From: Candidatus Woesebacteria bacterium RIFCSPHIGHO2_02_FULL_42_20
Lineage (GTDB): Bacteria > Patescibacteriota > Microgenomatia > UBA8517
Direction: 5' to 3'
DNA: 64,000 nucleotides
Assembly: GCA_001792535.1 (NCBI GenBank)
Contig: MGGS01000016.1
Coordinates: 160-64,159, forward strand
Shown: one piece after another, positions 1-8,517 of the stretch
Numbering within the stretch: position 1 is the first letter of the stretch
Layout of the letters: each line of letters begins with the position of its first letter
Notes under the pieces: model-generated
The model's database searches: none
Told to the model about the DNA's origin: nothing
Seen by the model: only the letters and a program-made list of their open reading frames with translations
Made by a program: the position numbers and the translations under genes

Positions 1-48
1 GAGTTCTGTAAAGAATATTGAATCGCTTTACCACTAGTTATATTTCTT

Positions 49-672
49 TTAAATTCCAAACTTCTCAGACAAAAATTTAATTACTTTCTCGCCCAAAATT
101 TTGTGACCTTCAGAGTTTGGGTGCGCCGCATCAACAAGTAAGTCCTTGAATCCTAGTGCCAGCAAATTATCAAACAACTCCAACTTCTCTACTTTGGATT
201 TTTTGCATATTTCGCTTATAAATCCATCATACTTTCTAACTTCATCGTTGCTAAGAAGTAAACCTTTGGATTTTTGAGGGTTAACAGGAGTCAGGCCAAT
301 GAAAACTACTTCACAGTTAAAATCTGTCGATAATTTTATCAATCGTTCAAGCGCTTTTTTAAAATCCCTTTCAGGAGTCTGTTTGCCTTTTCTCCAATTG
401 TTAGGGCAGCTGTCGTTAATCCCTGTCGCAAAAATAACCAACACTTCATCCTCGGAGTCAACCAGACGAATCGCCAATTCACTTTTGACTCTCTCCGGTA
501 GCTCAATAGCAAGCTCGCCCGGAACCCCCAGATTATAAACCTGGAAATTATTTTCGCTGGCTAAGTTATATTTCTCGTCGATATAACGGCGAACACGCGC
601 AACCCAGCCACCTTCCCTATCCCACTTGCCGTAAGCAATGCTGTCGCCGAAAACAAAAATTTTATCTAACAT
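49..672 (-). CDS. SGNH/GDSL hydrolase (lipase/acylhydrolase)
   Basis: FGDSI block I, NLGVPG block II, GIND block III and DAAHPN catalytic motif; ATG at 672 lies 6 nt after TATAAT. Confidence 0.9.
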   Translation of the reverse strand: MLDKIFVFGDSIAYGKWDREGGWVARVRRYIDEKYNLASENNFQVYNLGVPGELAIELPERVKSELAIRLVDSEDEVLVIFATGINDSCPNNWRKGKQTPERDFKKALERLIKLSTDFNCEVVFIGLTPVNPQKSKGLLLSNDEVRKYDGFISEICKKSKVEKLELFDNLLALGFKDLLVDAAHPNSEGHKILGEKVIKFLSEKFGI

Positions 673-697
673 TGTCAAATTATATCAAAAACTATGG

Positions 698-717
698 AGC
701 TAATTTGAAGACAAATT
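698..717 (+). repeat. Cassette-boundary palindromic site copy 1 (AGCTAATTTGAAGACAAATT)
   Basis: AATTTG-AAGA-CAAATT inverted repeat; contains the TAG stop of ORF 700..936. Confidence 0.85.
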
Positions 718-936
718 CATTTTTAATCTCTTGTACTCATCAAGAATTTTTTCTGCCCAATAAGTATAATTATCCGTAATCTCGTTTATATTCAAGGTCA
801 TTTTATCCCCCAACTTTTTCTTAGCTTTAAGAAGGAAAGATATACCAACATCTTTCGATTGTTTTGCAAAACAAAATGACGCTCGATAAAGATCGGCAAT
901 TGCATCAGAAGTTTTATCAAATTTATTTAGTGCCAT
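700..936 (-). CDS. Small hypothetical protein coupled to the DUF5674 gene
   Basis: 78-aa ORF overlapping the upstream gene by 10 nt. Confidence 0.65.
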   Translation of the reverse strand: MALNKFDKTSDAIADLYRASFCFAKQSKDVGISFLLKAKKKLGDKMTLNINEITDNYTYWAEKILDEYKRLKMNLSSN

Positions 937-1265
937 AATTTTCCAAAGTACCTTTTTATAATATCATGAAATTCTTTTCGAATCTTTGAATTCAATATTT
1001 CCAAGTTATCGTTATTTAATCGAGGCCGAATGTTCAGGACTGCTGTCGTATCGATTTGCTTGTCAAAAAAATTAATTCCTCCACCCCAAATATCGTTTTG
1101 TCTGCTTCCCTTTTCAAGTAAAACCTTTTCGCCGTCAGCATGGAGATCGCCTCCGGCGACAATCCATTCGTTCTCGACATCTACAGTAAGCTTTATATAG
1201 TTACCGTATTTTTTGCGAAAACTTAAAATTTCGGTCTTAGTTAGTTCCTTATCGACAAACTTCAT
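927..1265 (-). CDS. DUF5674-like protein
   Basis: YIKLTVDVE...GGDLHADGEKVLLEKGS.Q..IWG pattern resembles DUF5674. Confidence 0.75.
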   Translation of the reverse strand: MKFVDKELTKTEILSFRKKYGNYIKLTVDVENEWIVAGGDLHADGEKVLLEKGSRQNDIWGGGINFFDKQIDTTAVLNIRPRLNNDNLEILNSKIRKEFHDIIKRYFGKLWH

Positions 1266-1271
1266 TGTGTT

Positions 1272-1544
1272 TTATTCAAGCTGACTCTGACTCGCGATGA
1301 TATTATCTAGTAACCCCAGACTTTCGGCTTTGCATGTACCACGCGTAATCACACCAACTCTGCGGTTCGAAGTTACACCAACGCATTCAGCGCTACAACC
1401 GGGTGCGGTACACCTCTGGGGCTCAAGATAAGCTTCTCCGCCACCCCCAGCCACAAAATTCCCGGAAATTGCAACAATAACCTTTTGGCAACTTGTTAAC
1501 AACGCTATTCTGTCTCTCAGACTCATTGATCCAGCTTCTACCAT
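1272..1544 (-). CDS. Hypothetical Cys-containing protein
   Basis: 90-aa ORF preceded by TATAAT-6nt-ATG. Confidence 0.55.
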   Translation of the reverse strand: MVEAGSMSLRDRIALLTSCQKVIVAISGNFVAGGGGEAYLEPQRCTAPGCSAECVGVTSNRRVGVITRGTCKAESLGLLDNIIASQSQLE

Positions 1545-1585
1545 TTTGAGATTATATCCCCATTTTAGCAGTATTTTACTCCGGA

Positions 1586-1605
1586 GCTTGCTTTGAAGAC
1601 AAATT
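1586..1605 (+). repeat. Cassette-boundary site copy 2 (GCTTGCTTTGAAGACAAATT)
   Basis: Shares the TTTGAAGACAAATT core and an upstream GGAGCT with copy 1. Confidence 0.75.
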
Positions 1606-1621
1606 CTATATTATAAACTAT

Positions 1622-2263
1622 TTGAAGTTTATAATATCTAAAACTGTGTTAAAAATTTATTTAGCAAGACATGGACAAGACGAAGATAACGTCAAGGGCA
1701 TTTTGAATGGAAGAAGGGATAAGCCTTTAACCCCCAAAGGAACCGAGCAGGTAAAAGAAGTTGCAGAAAAAATTAAAGATTCCGGTCTCAACTTTGATAA
1801 AATTTATTCTTCACCTTTGAAAAGGACATATAAAACAGCTAAAATAATTTCCGAGGCACTTGGTATGGGTAAACCCTCGGTGTTGCAAGATCTTATCGAA
1901 CGCGATTTTGGAATAATGACAGGTAAACACATTAGTCAAATCGAAGAAATGTGTAAACCATATATCCTCAAAACCGAAACAATAACTTACTTTCTCAAAC
2001 CTAAAGGTGCAGAAACATTTCCCCAACTTGTTGAAAGAGGAAAAAAATTATTATCAAAAATTAGGAAGTTACACCCAAAAGGAAATATCTTATTAGTAAC
2101 TCATGGAGATATTGGAAAAACGATATATGCAGCCTACTATAATCTAAAGTGGAAAGATGTACTAACTATGTTTCACTTTGGCAACTCCGATTTACTTTTA
2201 CTTTCCAAGAATTCTCCGGCCGAGGAAGCATATGTGTTTAAAAGTGATCAATACAATTTATAG
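1622..2263 (+). CDS. Histidine phosphatase (phosphoglycerate mutase family)
   Basis: LARHG, SSPLKR and LLVTHG motifs. Confidence 0.9.
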   Translation: MKFIISKTVLKIYLARHGQDEDNVKGILNGRRDKPLTPKGTEQVKEVAEKIKDSGLNFDKIYSSPLKRTYKTAKIISEALGMGKPSVLQDLIERDFGIMTGKHISQIEEMCKPYILKTETITYFLKPKGAETFPQLVERGKKLLSKIRKLHPKGNILLVTHGDIGKTIYAAYYNLKWKDVLTMFHFGNSDLLLLSKNSPAEEAYVFKSDQYNL

Positions 2264-2303
2264 TTTTAGACTCACATTCGTATAATATAACAAAAGTAAC
2301 AAA

Positions 2304-2690
2304 ATGAATTGGTATAAAGGAAATATTGAAGAGGAAACTTTGAAAAATAATTACTTTAGAAAAGTACTCTTTACAGGAAAGCATGCGCAGCTTGTCGTAA
2401 TGTGCTTGAAACCCGGAGAAGAAATTGGCTTGGAAGCGCATGAGAATGTAGATCAGTTTTTCAGGTTTGAAAAAGGCTCGGGAAAAGTTATAGTTAACGG
2501 TGAAGGAAAAACTGTAAACGATGGAGACGCCGTGATAGTCCCAGCCAGCAGCGAACACAATATCGTCAATGCTTCAGTTAGTCAAGATCTGAAACTTTAC
2601 ACAATCTATTCTCCACCCAACCATCCGGACGGGACTGTACACAAAACAAAGGCTGAAGCGGACAAAGCCGAAGAACACGAGAGTCACTAA
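2304..2690 (+). CDS. Cupin domain protein
   Basis: QLVVM.L.PGEEIG.E.H...DQFF and HNIVN...LKLYTIYSPPNH motifs. Confidence 0.9.
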   Translation: MNWYKGNIEEETLKNNYFRKVLFTGKHAQLVVMCLKPGEEIGLEAHENVDQFFRFEKGSGKVIVNGEGKTVNDGDAVIVPASSEHNIVNASVSQDLKLYTIYSPPNHPDGTVHKTKAEADKAEEHESH

Positions 2691-2797
2691 GTCAATTCCT
2701 CCGCGGGCCTAGAGTCCACGGTTTCTTTGAAACTGATATGACAAATTAATTTTCAATCTTTTATGTTCATTGGAAATTTTTTTAATTCTCACAAGTA

Positions 2798-3520
2798 TCA
2801 ACTATAAACTTTTTGGGTATCAAATATTAGCTGCTCCAGATGATCAAACATATCTTCATTAATCCCGTATTTTACCTTTTCATCTTCACTTATTGTCATG
2901 TTGAACCCAACCCTCAGAGATCTTAAATTATCAATAATATCTCGATGTAATAGTCTATTTAACAGGACGCCAATTCTATCTTTATCCACACTTTGCATTC
3001 TGCCTTTTCTAAAAGAATCGAGTATGTGGGTTAATTCATTGATATTTAGTTCAACTTCCGCCCAGGATGCCAGCGTCTGCAGTAAGTATGTCTCGCCCTC
3101 AGTTAATTTTATGGGCTTTGTGTCTTTGATACAAAAAACGCCTACTTTCTTGCCATCAATAGAATGTATAGGCACTCCTGCATAAAAGCGGATATACGGG
3201 GGACCCGCTACCATTGGATTGTCGGCAAAACGATTATCTTTTTTAGTATCGTCAATGACAAGAATGTCATTGGTTAATATTGCATGGCCGCAAAACGATA
3301 TCATTCTATCCCTCTCTCTTTCTGATACTCCATGGCAGGACTTATACCACTCGCGATTTGAATCAACTAAGGTAATTGTTGAAATCGATACCTTGAACAT
3401 TCGTAGCGCTGTCAAAGTAATGCGATCAAAGCGGGCTTCCAGTGGGGTATCCAGAATTTTCAATCCTTGTAAAGAGGCTAATCGCTGTATCTCGTCGTCA
3501 GCTATAGCAGACGACTGCAT
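2798..3520 (-). CDS. GAF domain protein without a recognisable output domain
   Basis: RL..L..L.ILDT..E.RFDRIT, SFCGHAI, DNRFADNP.V.G.P.IRFYAGVP. Confidence 0.85.
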   Translation of the reverse strand: MQSSAIADDEIQRLASLQGLKILDTPLEARFDRITLTALRMFKVSISTITLVDSNREWYKSCHGVSERERDRMISFCGHAILTNDILVIDDTKKDNRFADNPMVAGPPYIRFYAGVPIHSIDGKKVGVFCIKDTKPIKLTEGETYLLQTLASWAEVELNINELTHILDSFRKGRMQSVDKDRIGVLLNRLLHRDIIDNLRSLRVGFNMTISEDEKVKYGINEDMFDHLEQLIFDTQKVYS

Positions 3521-3680
3521 ATAGTGTAGTTCTTAATAGTATCATTTAGAATTCACTCGCACAATAACCGGATCAATCACTCAAGTTGATTAAACTTGTG
3601 CAGCGCCAGTTAATTTCAGTAGTATTGCATTCAGTAGACGTACAAATTCCTAAGAAAGCAACCAGGTATAGACCGGGTGA

Positions 3681-3700
3681 TATTAATTTGAAGACAAATT
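3681..3700 (+). repeat. Cassette-boundary site copy 3 (TATTAATTTGAAGACAAATT)
   Basis: 17-nt exact match to copy 1; 2 nt downstream of the antitoxin stop at 3703. Confidence 0.85.
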
Positions 3701-3702
3701 GT

Positions 3703-4014
3703 TTAGATAGTTATCGAAGTTTTACCCTCGGCATACTTGTGAATTAGTACATTTAAAAGCCTTTGGTAAGGGATATTAACTCTTTTTGCCTTTGCTTTAA
3801 CTTTAATAATATCCTCATTTTTCACTCTCAATGTTATTCTTTTCGTCTTTTGTAATTCCAAAAAGTTTTTCGCAGATTCTTCAAGCTCTTTTTTCCTTTT
3901 TTCAAAGTTTTTAATAGATACAAATTCACCCTTTTCTAGGAATTCCTCTAGCTCCATTTCGTAATCATCTAGGGGAAATTCATCAAAATAATCTTTCTTC
4001 TGTTTTTTATTCAT
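3703..4014 (-). CDS. BrnA/CopG-like antitoxin
   Basis: KRITLRV...IKVKAKAKRVNIPYQRL RHH-type C-terminus; 4-nt overlap with the toxin gene. Confidence 0.8.
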   Translation of the reverse strand: MNKKQKKDYFDEFPLDDYEMELEEFLEKGEFVSIKNFEKRKKELEESAKNFLELQKTKRITLRVKNEDIIKVKAKAKRVNIPYQRLLNVLIHKYAEGKTSITI

Positions 4015-4292
4015 ATTTTTAAATACTTCTTCTTCAAATTTCTATTCGGATAAATCGTTTTTAAAAATCTAACTTTTCTTACTTTATCAATTACATATGG
4101 CACAGCATATACTTTATTTTTTATACTTACTATCAAGATCCTCTGATTGGGATATCTCCTCTTGTTAAAGTGATCAATATCATCCAGAACTTTCCCGCTT
4201 TCAATCGCTTCAATAATTTCTTCAAAACCGACTCCCCTTGTTGCTTTTATTATTAAGTTTTTCTCTTCAGGGTAATCAAATTTATACTTCAT
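4011..4292 (-). CDS. BrnT-like toxin (RelE-like fold)
   Basis: F...EEKN.....RGVGFEEI...HFN..RYPNQ...VPYV...FLKTIYP.R pattern. Confidence 0.8.
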   Translation of the reverse strand: MKYKFDYPEEKNLIIKATRGVGFEEIIEAIESGKVLDDIDHFNKRRYPNQRILIVSIKNKVYAVPYVIDKVRKVRFLKTIYPNRNLKKKYLKI

Positions 4293-4383
4293 ATACTAAT
4301 AGTTCGTACATCCGTTGTCAAGACATTATTAATTGTAATTGCTCTTCAAATACCCGCTTAACAATTCTATCACTTTCTATCGA

Positions 4384-4403
4384 AGCTAACTTGAAGACAA
4401 ATC
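4384..4403 (+). repeat. Cassette-boundary site copy 4 (AGCTAACTTGAAGACAAATC)
   Basis: 18/20 match to copy 1. Confidence 0.85.
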
Positions 4404-4449
4404 TACCCTTGTAACTCATTTACACTTCCGGCTGCCGGTAATAGAGGTA

Positions 4450-4898
4450 TTACATCCTTTCTGCAAATTCCCGTCCCTTGAGCAAACCATTCTTTGCCAA
4501 TATTGCTCGCACATCTTTCTTTAACATCTCTTTCTTTTCATCTTTAGATAGTCTTGTTAAACCAACAGGAATTTCTACTCCGTTTGTTTCCACATTCTTA
4601 AATTCACTAGATATCCGTAACATCTCTGGTCTTCTTTTCAGTCCTTTTCTTTCCAGTCTTCTTGCCTTGAGTAAAAACATTCTAAACTGCATCCTGTTTC
4701 AGCAATTCTAAATCTGAAAACATCAGGGTCCCAAGGTAAAGATAAAGCAGATAAACCGGCTCTACTTTCTCTAATGTCAAATCTATCCCACCTTATTTCC
4801 TCAACGGATAATCCCAATCTTTGAGAAATGAACTGTTTAGCATCATCCAGAGACGGCGCATCTTTATTAGCTTCACTTTCTAAAACACCTTCTGTCAT
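4450..4898 (-). other. Hypothetical gene split into two overlapping ORFs (4638..4898 and 4450..4692), possible frameshift
   Basis: Same-strand ORFs overlapping by 55 nt inside one site-bounded module. Confidence 0.4.
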
Positions 4899-4930
4899 AT
4901 TTATATTACTGTTAATTCATTCTATTTCTA

Positions 4931-4950
4931 AGCTAATTTCGAGACAAATT
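4931..4950 (+). repeat. Cassette-boundary site copy 5 (AGCTAATTTCGAGACAAATT)
   Basis: 18/20 match to copy 1; contains the TAG stop of the PIN gene. Confidence 0.85.
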
Positions 4951-5319
4951 ATTAAGCAGTTTCTTGTCAAATGATGCTATCTTGCCTTTGTTTACTTCGG
5001 CCCACGAAAGTAGATAACTGTCAACAAAATGTAAGTTTCTTCTGTAAAAATCCCACAAAGAAAGCAGGACTTCTCTTTCTTCGACTCTTAACCACTTCTG
5101 AGAAAGAAAGGTTTCCATCGACTCCGCTATATCTTCCCTATTATTTTTATAAAATGATTCGAGGACAAAGACAACTTCACTTATGACGAGCGCTTTTATT
5201 ATCAGTTTTGACTTTCCTTTTTGCACGTTTTCAAATAACTTTCTGGCATTTTGGTATTGAGATTCAATGTCTCCTACCAAATATCTTAGGATTACATTGG
5301 TGTCAACTATTTGCTCCAT
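4933..5319 (-). CDS. PIN-domain (VapC-like) toxin
   Basis: VDTNVILRYL, SEVVFVL, HFVDSYL, SFDKKL. Confidence 0.9.
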   Translation of the reverse strand: MEQIVDTNVILRYLVGDIESQYQNARKLFENVQKGKSKLIIKALVISEVVFVLESFYKNNREDIAESMETFLSQKWLRVEEREVLLSLWDFYRRNLHFVDSYLLSWAEVNKGKIASFDKKLLNNLSRN

Positions 5320-5594
5320 TGTTTCACTAAGCTTTTACCAAATTCTTTCCTTGCTTTTCTTAAATCCGAATCGGAAAGTTTTATCCCTGTATTTAAAGAT
5401 CCTCCAAGTGACCAAAAATCCTTTTTTAACTCCACCTCTAATTTATCAGCCTTCTTTCTAATAACAGCCTTGACCGGCCCGTTTACCCCTAGTGAGCGAA
5501 GCATTATTTGCGGGACAGTCAATTGGCCTTGACTGGTAATCGAAACTACTTTTTGCATTTCCATTATCATACTGAGATAATAATGTAATGTCAA
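5307..5594 (-). CDS. AbrB/MazE-like antitoxin (true start probably 5558-5570)
   Basis: SITSQGQLTVP motif; overlaps the PIN gene. Confidence 0.85.
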   Translation of the reverse strand: MTLHYYLSMIMEMQKVVSITSQGQLTVPQIMLRSLGVNGPVKAVIRKKADKLEVELKKDFWSLGGSLNTGIKLSDSDLRKARKEFGKSLVKQWSK

Positions 5595-5769
5595 TTGTTA
5601 TTGTTTCATTACTACAACCAAATCTTACAATAAATAGCCTACCGAAAATGCGGTCAAAAATGTTAAATATCATTCTCCAGTTATCCAGATGCAATATTTG
5701 AATATCAACTTTTGATTAACAGCTTGTTTACAAAACCCACATTCAGATTCTACCACGATTTCTAAGCAA

Positions 5770-5789
5770 GGCTAATTTGAAGACATTTT
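5770..5789 (+). repeat. Cassette-boundary site copy 6 (GGCTAATTTGAAGACATTTT)
   Basis: 15-nt exact GCTAATTTGAAGACA; right arm degenerate. Confidence 0.75.
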
Positions 5790-5861
5790 TCTAGTTTCGT
5801 TTTTGCAGATTTTTGGAAATTTACAGTAGATAAACAGTCCAACTTTGAGTAACATTTAGTC

Positions 5862-6095
5862 ATGGAACCGGAGGACACCGACAAATCGGTTTTACAGGAA
5901 CAATCGCGGACAATATTTTACGATCTTAGACAGAACTTAATAAAACTGCGTTCGCAAGACCAATCAGGTGAAAATACAGAAAGTCTAGCTGCAAAAGTTG
6001 CAGAGTTAATGACAAGGTTATACGACTACCACCTATCTTTGTATCAACTTTCCGGAAAATCATTTAATTCTGCAGGTCCATTTTGGAATGGCTAA
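5862..6095 (+). CDS. Hypothetical protein, possibly truncated where it meets the recombinase remnant
   Basis: 77-aa ORF after TAACAT-6nt-ATG; 3' end overlaps the recombinase remnant. Confidence 0.45.
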   Translation: MEPEDTDKSVLQEQSRTIFYDLRQNLIKLRSQDQSGENTESLAAKVAELMTRLYDYHLSLYQLSGKSFNSAGPFWNG

Positions 6096-7431
6096 TCAAT
6101 ACTCACGAAATTTGAGTAAAAATGTAAAGCGTGGGAATCAATACAGATTCCATAACAAATAGCAGTGGCTTGGACCCGCAAAGATTGGGTGGCTTAACGT
6201 TACTAACCCCGATACACAGGAGAAGGGAATAGTTGTTGACCCAGATAGATTTCCTCTGATTGTTAAGGGGATTCGGCTCATTATCACCGGCGCACACACT
6301 CCAATGCAGGTTTTGCACAAGCTTAATAACGAATGGGGCTTCAGGACCAGGATAACAAGGCGTCAGGGAGGTAAGCCACTAAGTAAGAGTGCTTGGTATA
6401 AACTATTAGCAGATCCCTATCTTTACGGACTAATGATCCGCAGCGAAGGGGAGGAAATAGGAAACCATAAACCTGTGCTTAGTAAGGACGATTTTGATAA
6501 ACTACAAATTATGTTAGGGCGTAAGGGGAAACCGCGGGTAGCAAAACACGAATTTGCCTATAAAAAAGAGGTGCTTAAATGTGGGGAATGCGGCGGGTCG
6601 GTGACAGCCGAAGAACACTGGCAGATTATTTGCCCGGAGTGTAGAACAAAGTTCAATAAGGCCAAGACAGCCGATAGGTGCAAGGGGTGCGAGCTTCTGA
6701 TTGAGGAGATGAAAAATCCAAAGATTCTCCACTATGTTCACTATCATTGCACAAAACGTATCAACCCAAAATGTGCACAACGCAGTATTCCGCTACATAA
6801 ACTTGAAAAACAGATTGACGAGGAACTTTCAAAGTTTGAAATAAAAGAGGAATTTAAGGACTGGGCAATCCAGTATTTGAACGAGTTAAACGATAATGAG
6901 GTTAAAGAACACTATGTAAGCCGAAATAATACCGGAGAAGCCCTCAAGGATACTATAAAGAGGCTGGATAGCCTTACCAAACTCTTTATATCGCCACAAA
7001 ACTCCGAAAGAGAGCTGATGACGGAGGAAGAATACTCCTCACAGCGCAAACCCCCTCTTGAAGAAAAGGAGAGCTTGGCATGATTAGCAAAGGAAATAGA
7101 CCAACAACAGGATAACTGGCATGATCTAATAGTAAATACCTTCAACTTTGCGTGTTATGCGCGTTACTGGTTTGCTAAGGGTGATTTAAAGGAGAAAACC
7201 GAGATACTCGGCGCACTTGGTTCGAACCTTACAATAACAGACAAAAAACTGTGTGTTGACGGTCTAAATCCATTTTTGATCATCGCGGACGAAAGGAGTA
7301 AAGTAGAAGAATTGTCCAAAATGTTCGAACCTGCAATAAAGCCTGATTTGTCGCACCGAAGTGCCCCTCTCAAAGAGCTTTGTCAATCTTGGCTGGCCGT
7401 TTACAAAAAATGTCGAACTTCATTTGATTAG
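6070..7431 (+). pseudogene. Large serine recombinase remnant (no catalytic N-domain; in-frame stops TAG 6160 and TGA 7081)
   Basis: One reading frame gives LQVHFGMANQYSRNLSKNVKRG, a recombinase domain (GNHKPVLS..DFDKLQ), a Zn ribbon (CGECGG...YHC), a coiled coil and FEP...CQSWLAVYKKCRTSFD*. Confidence 0.85.
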
Positions 7432-7552
7432 CTCGCCTCGCCCCGCTCGGCTCGCAATGTGAGCGCGGCGTACATGTAACTTCGTTACAGTATAAACCCC
7501 TTTACCCTGAAAAACTCCTCAGAGTTTTTTACGGGCACCCGCCGTGCCTCCG
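7388..7552 (+). repeat. 165-bp inverted repeat, left arm
   Basis: Exact reverse complement of 8776-8940. Confidence 0.95.
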
Positions 7553-7575
7553 TTATTTTTTGCGCGCGCGATTTT

Positions 7576-7592
7576 CTCGCCCTTCGGGCGAG
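7576..7592. terminator. GC-rich hairpin CTCGCCC-TTC-GGGCGAG, possible terminator
   Basis: 7-bp stem just downstream of the 7608 ORF stop. Confidence 0.4.
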
Positions 7593-7607
7593 GAGAGTTT
7601 TGTTATT

Positions 7608-8517
7608 TTAATCCTGGATTAATTGGAAGTCACTACAGTGCTTTTTAGAATCAGATGACAGGGTACTGAGATTTTGTGGTAGGGAGGTAATATATTTTTT
7701 TATGGCTTCTGGTAAATTTTTAGTGGAAGAAACTATTTCGTTGAAACGTTCTTGAGACCAACCGTAATAGAAACACGACTCTAGATTCCAAGTGTTAGCG
7801 CCACTAGCCAAACTCAATAATTTACCAATACCCTCACCACTACCGGCACCGTAAGTATCTACCACCATAACGTATAACTTTCCGTTTTGATAATCCATTA
7901 GGTAAGGATTATTACTCGATCCAGAAAGATCTTTGATGTGTGTAAATATTTTCCAAATACTGTCGTTTTTATTTGCATACAAAATACCGGAAATATCTCC
8001 TGATCGGACTATGTTCATATTCCCTTTTTGAAAGATTGCATATTCAACACCATTAAAAGTATATGTTTTATCAACTTGATCAGGCATTATTGAGGTGGGA
8101 ACATTCCTATTTAAAACCAGAGGTCTGACGTTAGTTACCACAAAATGTCCTATCTTGTCCCCTTTGCTATATCCTGATTTATTTACATAGCCTGCAATAA
8201 TTGTCTCTTTACCTATTTGGCTTTCCAACTCAGGCCATACATTGTTTTTGCTAGGTTTAATAATCAGTTTAAAATTTTGAGGCGTATCTTCAAAACTAAG
8301 CGTGCTCAAAGTAGACTTCGTTAATTTAAATTCGTAGTCATCGTCGATAAATGGATTTGTCCTTTTGTTTACCTGAAGAGGGCTTAGTTTGTAAAGTTCG
8401 TATATACCAGGCTTCACTTATCACAGCAACCACTAAAAGGATTACCAGAAATATCCAGTAATTAATTTTGATACTCTTTACACTTTTTGGGGCCATATTC
8501 GCAATGTCCATTTCCAT
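7608..8517 (-). pseudogene. Membrane-anchored extracellular protein, frameshifted
   Basis: 59-aa ORF 8517-8338 (MEMD...YWIFLVILLVVAVISE, TM helix) overlaps the 269-aa ORF 7608..8417 in another frame. Confidence 0.6.

Noticed and set aside
2730-2750. Weak partial matches to the array site (GATATGACAAATT; also near 62-78 and 8725-8740)
   Set aside because: Only the GACAAA half matches, which is expected by chance in AT-rich DNA.
698-5789. CRISPR array reading of the 20-bp repeats
   Set aside because: Spacing is 547-2095 bp, the intervals contain whole genes, and no cas genes are in the window.
698-5789. Classical integron attC or Xer dif/pdif sites
   Set aside because: No RYYYAAC/GTTRRRY ends or long attC hairpin, no TTATGTTAAAT-like XerD arm, and no intI in the window.
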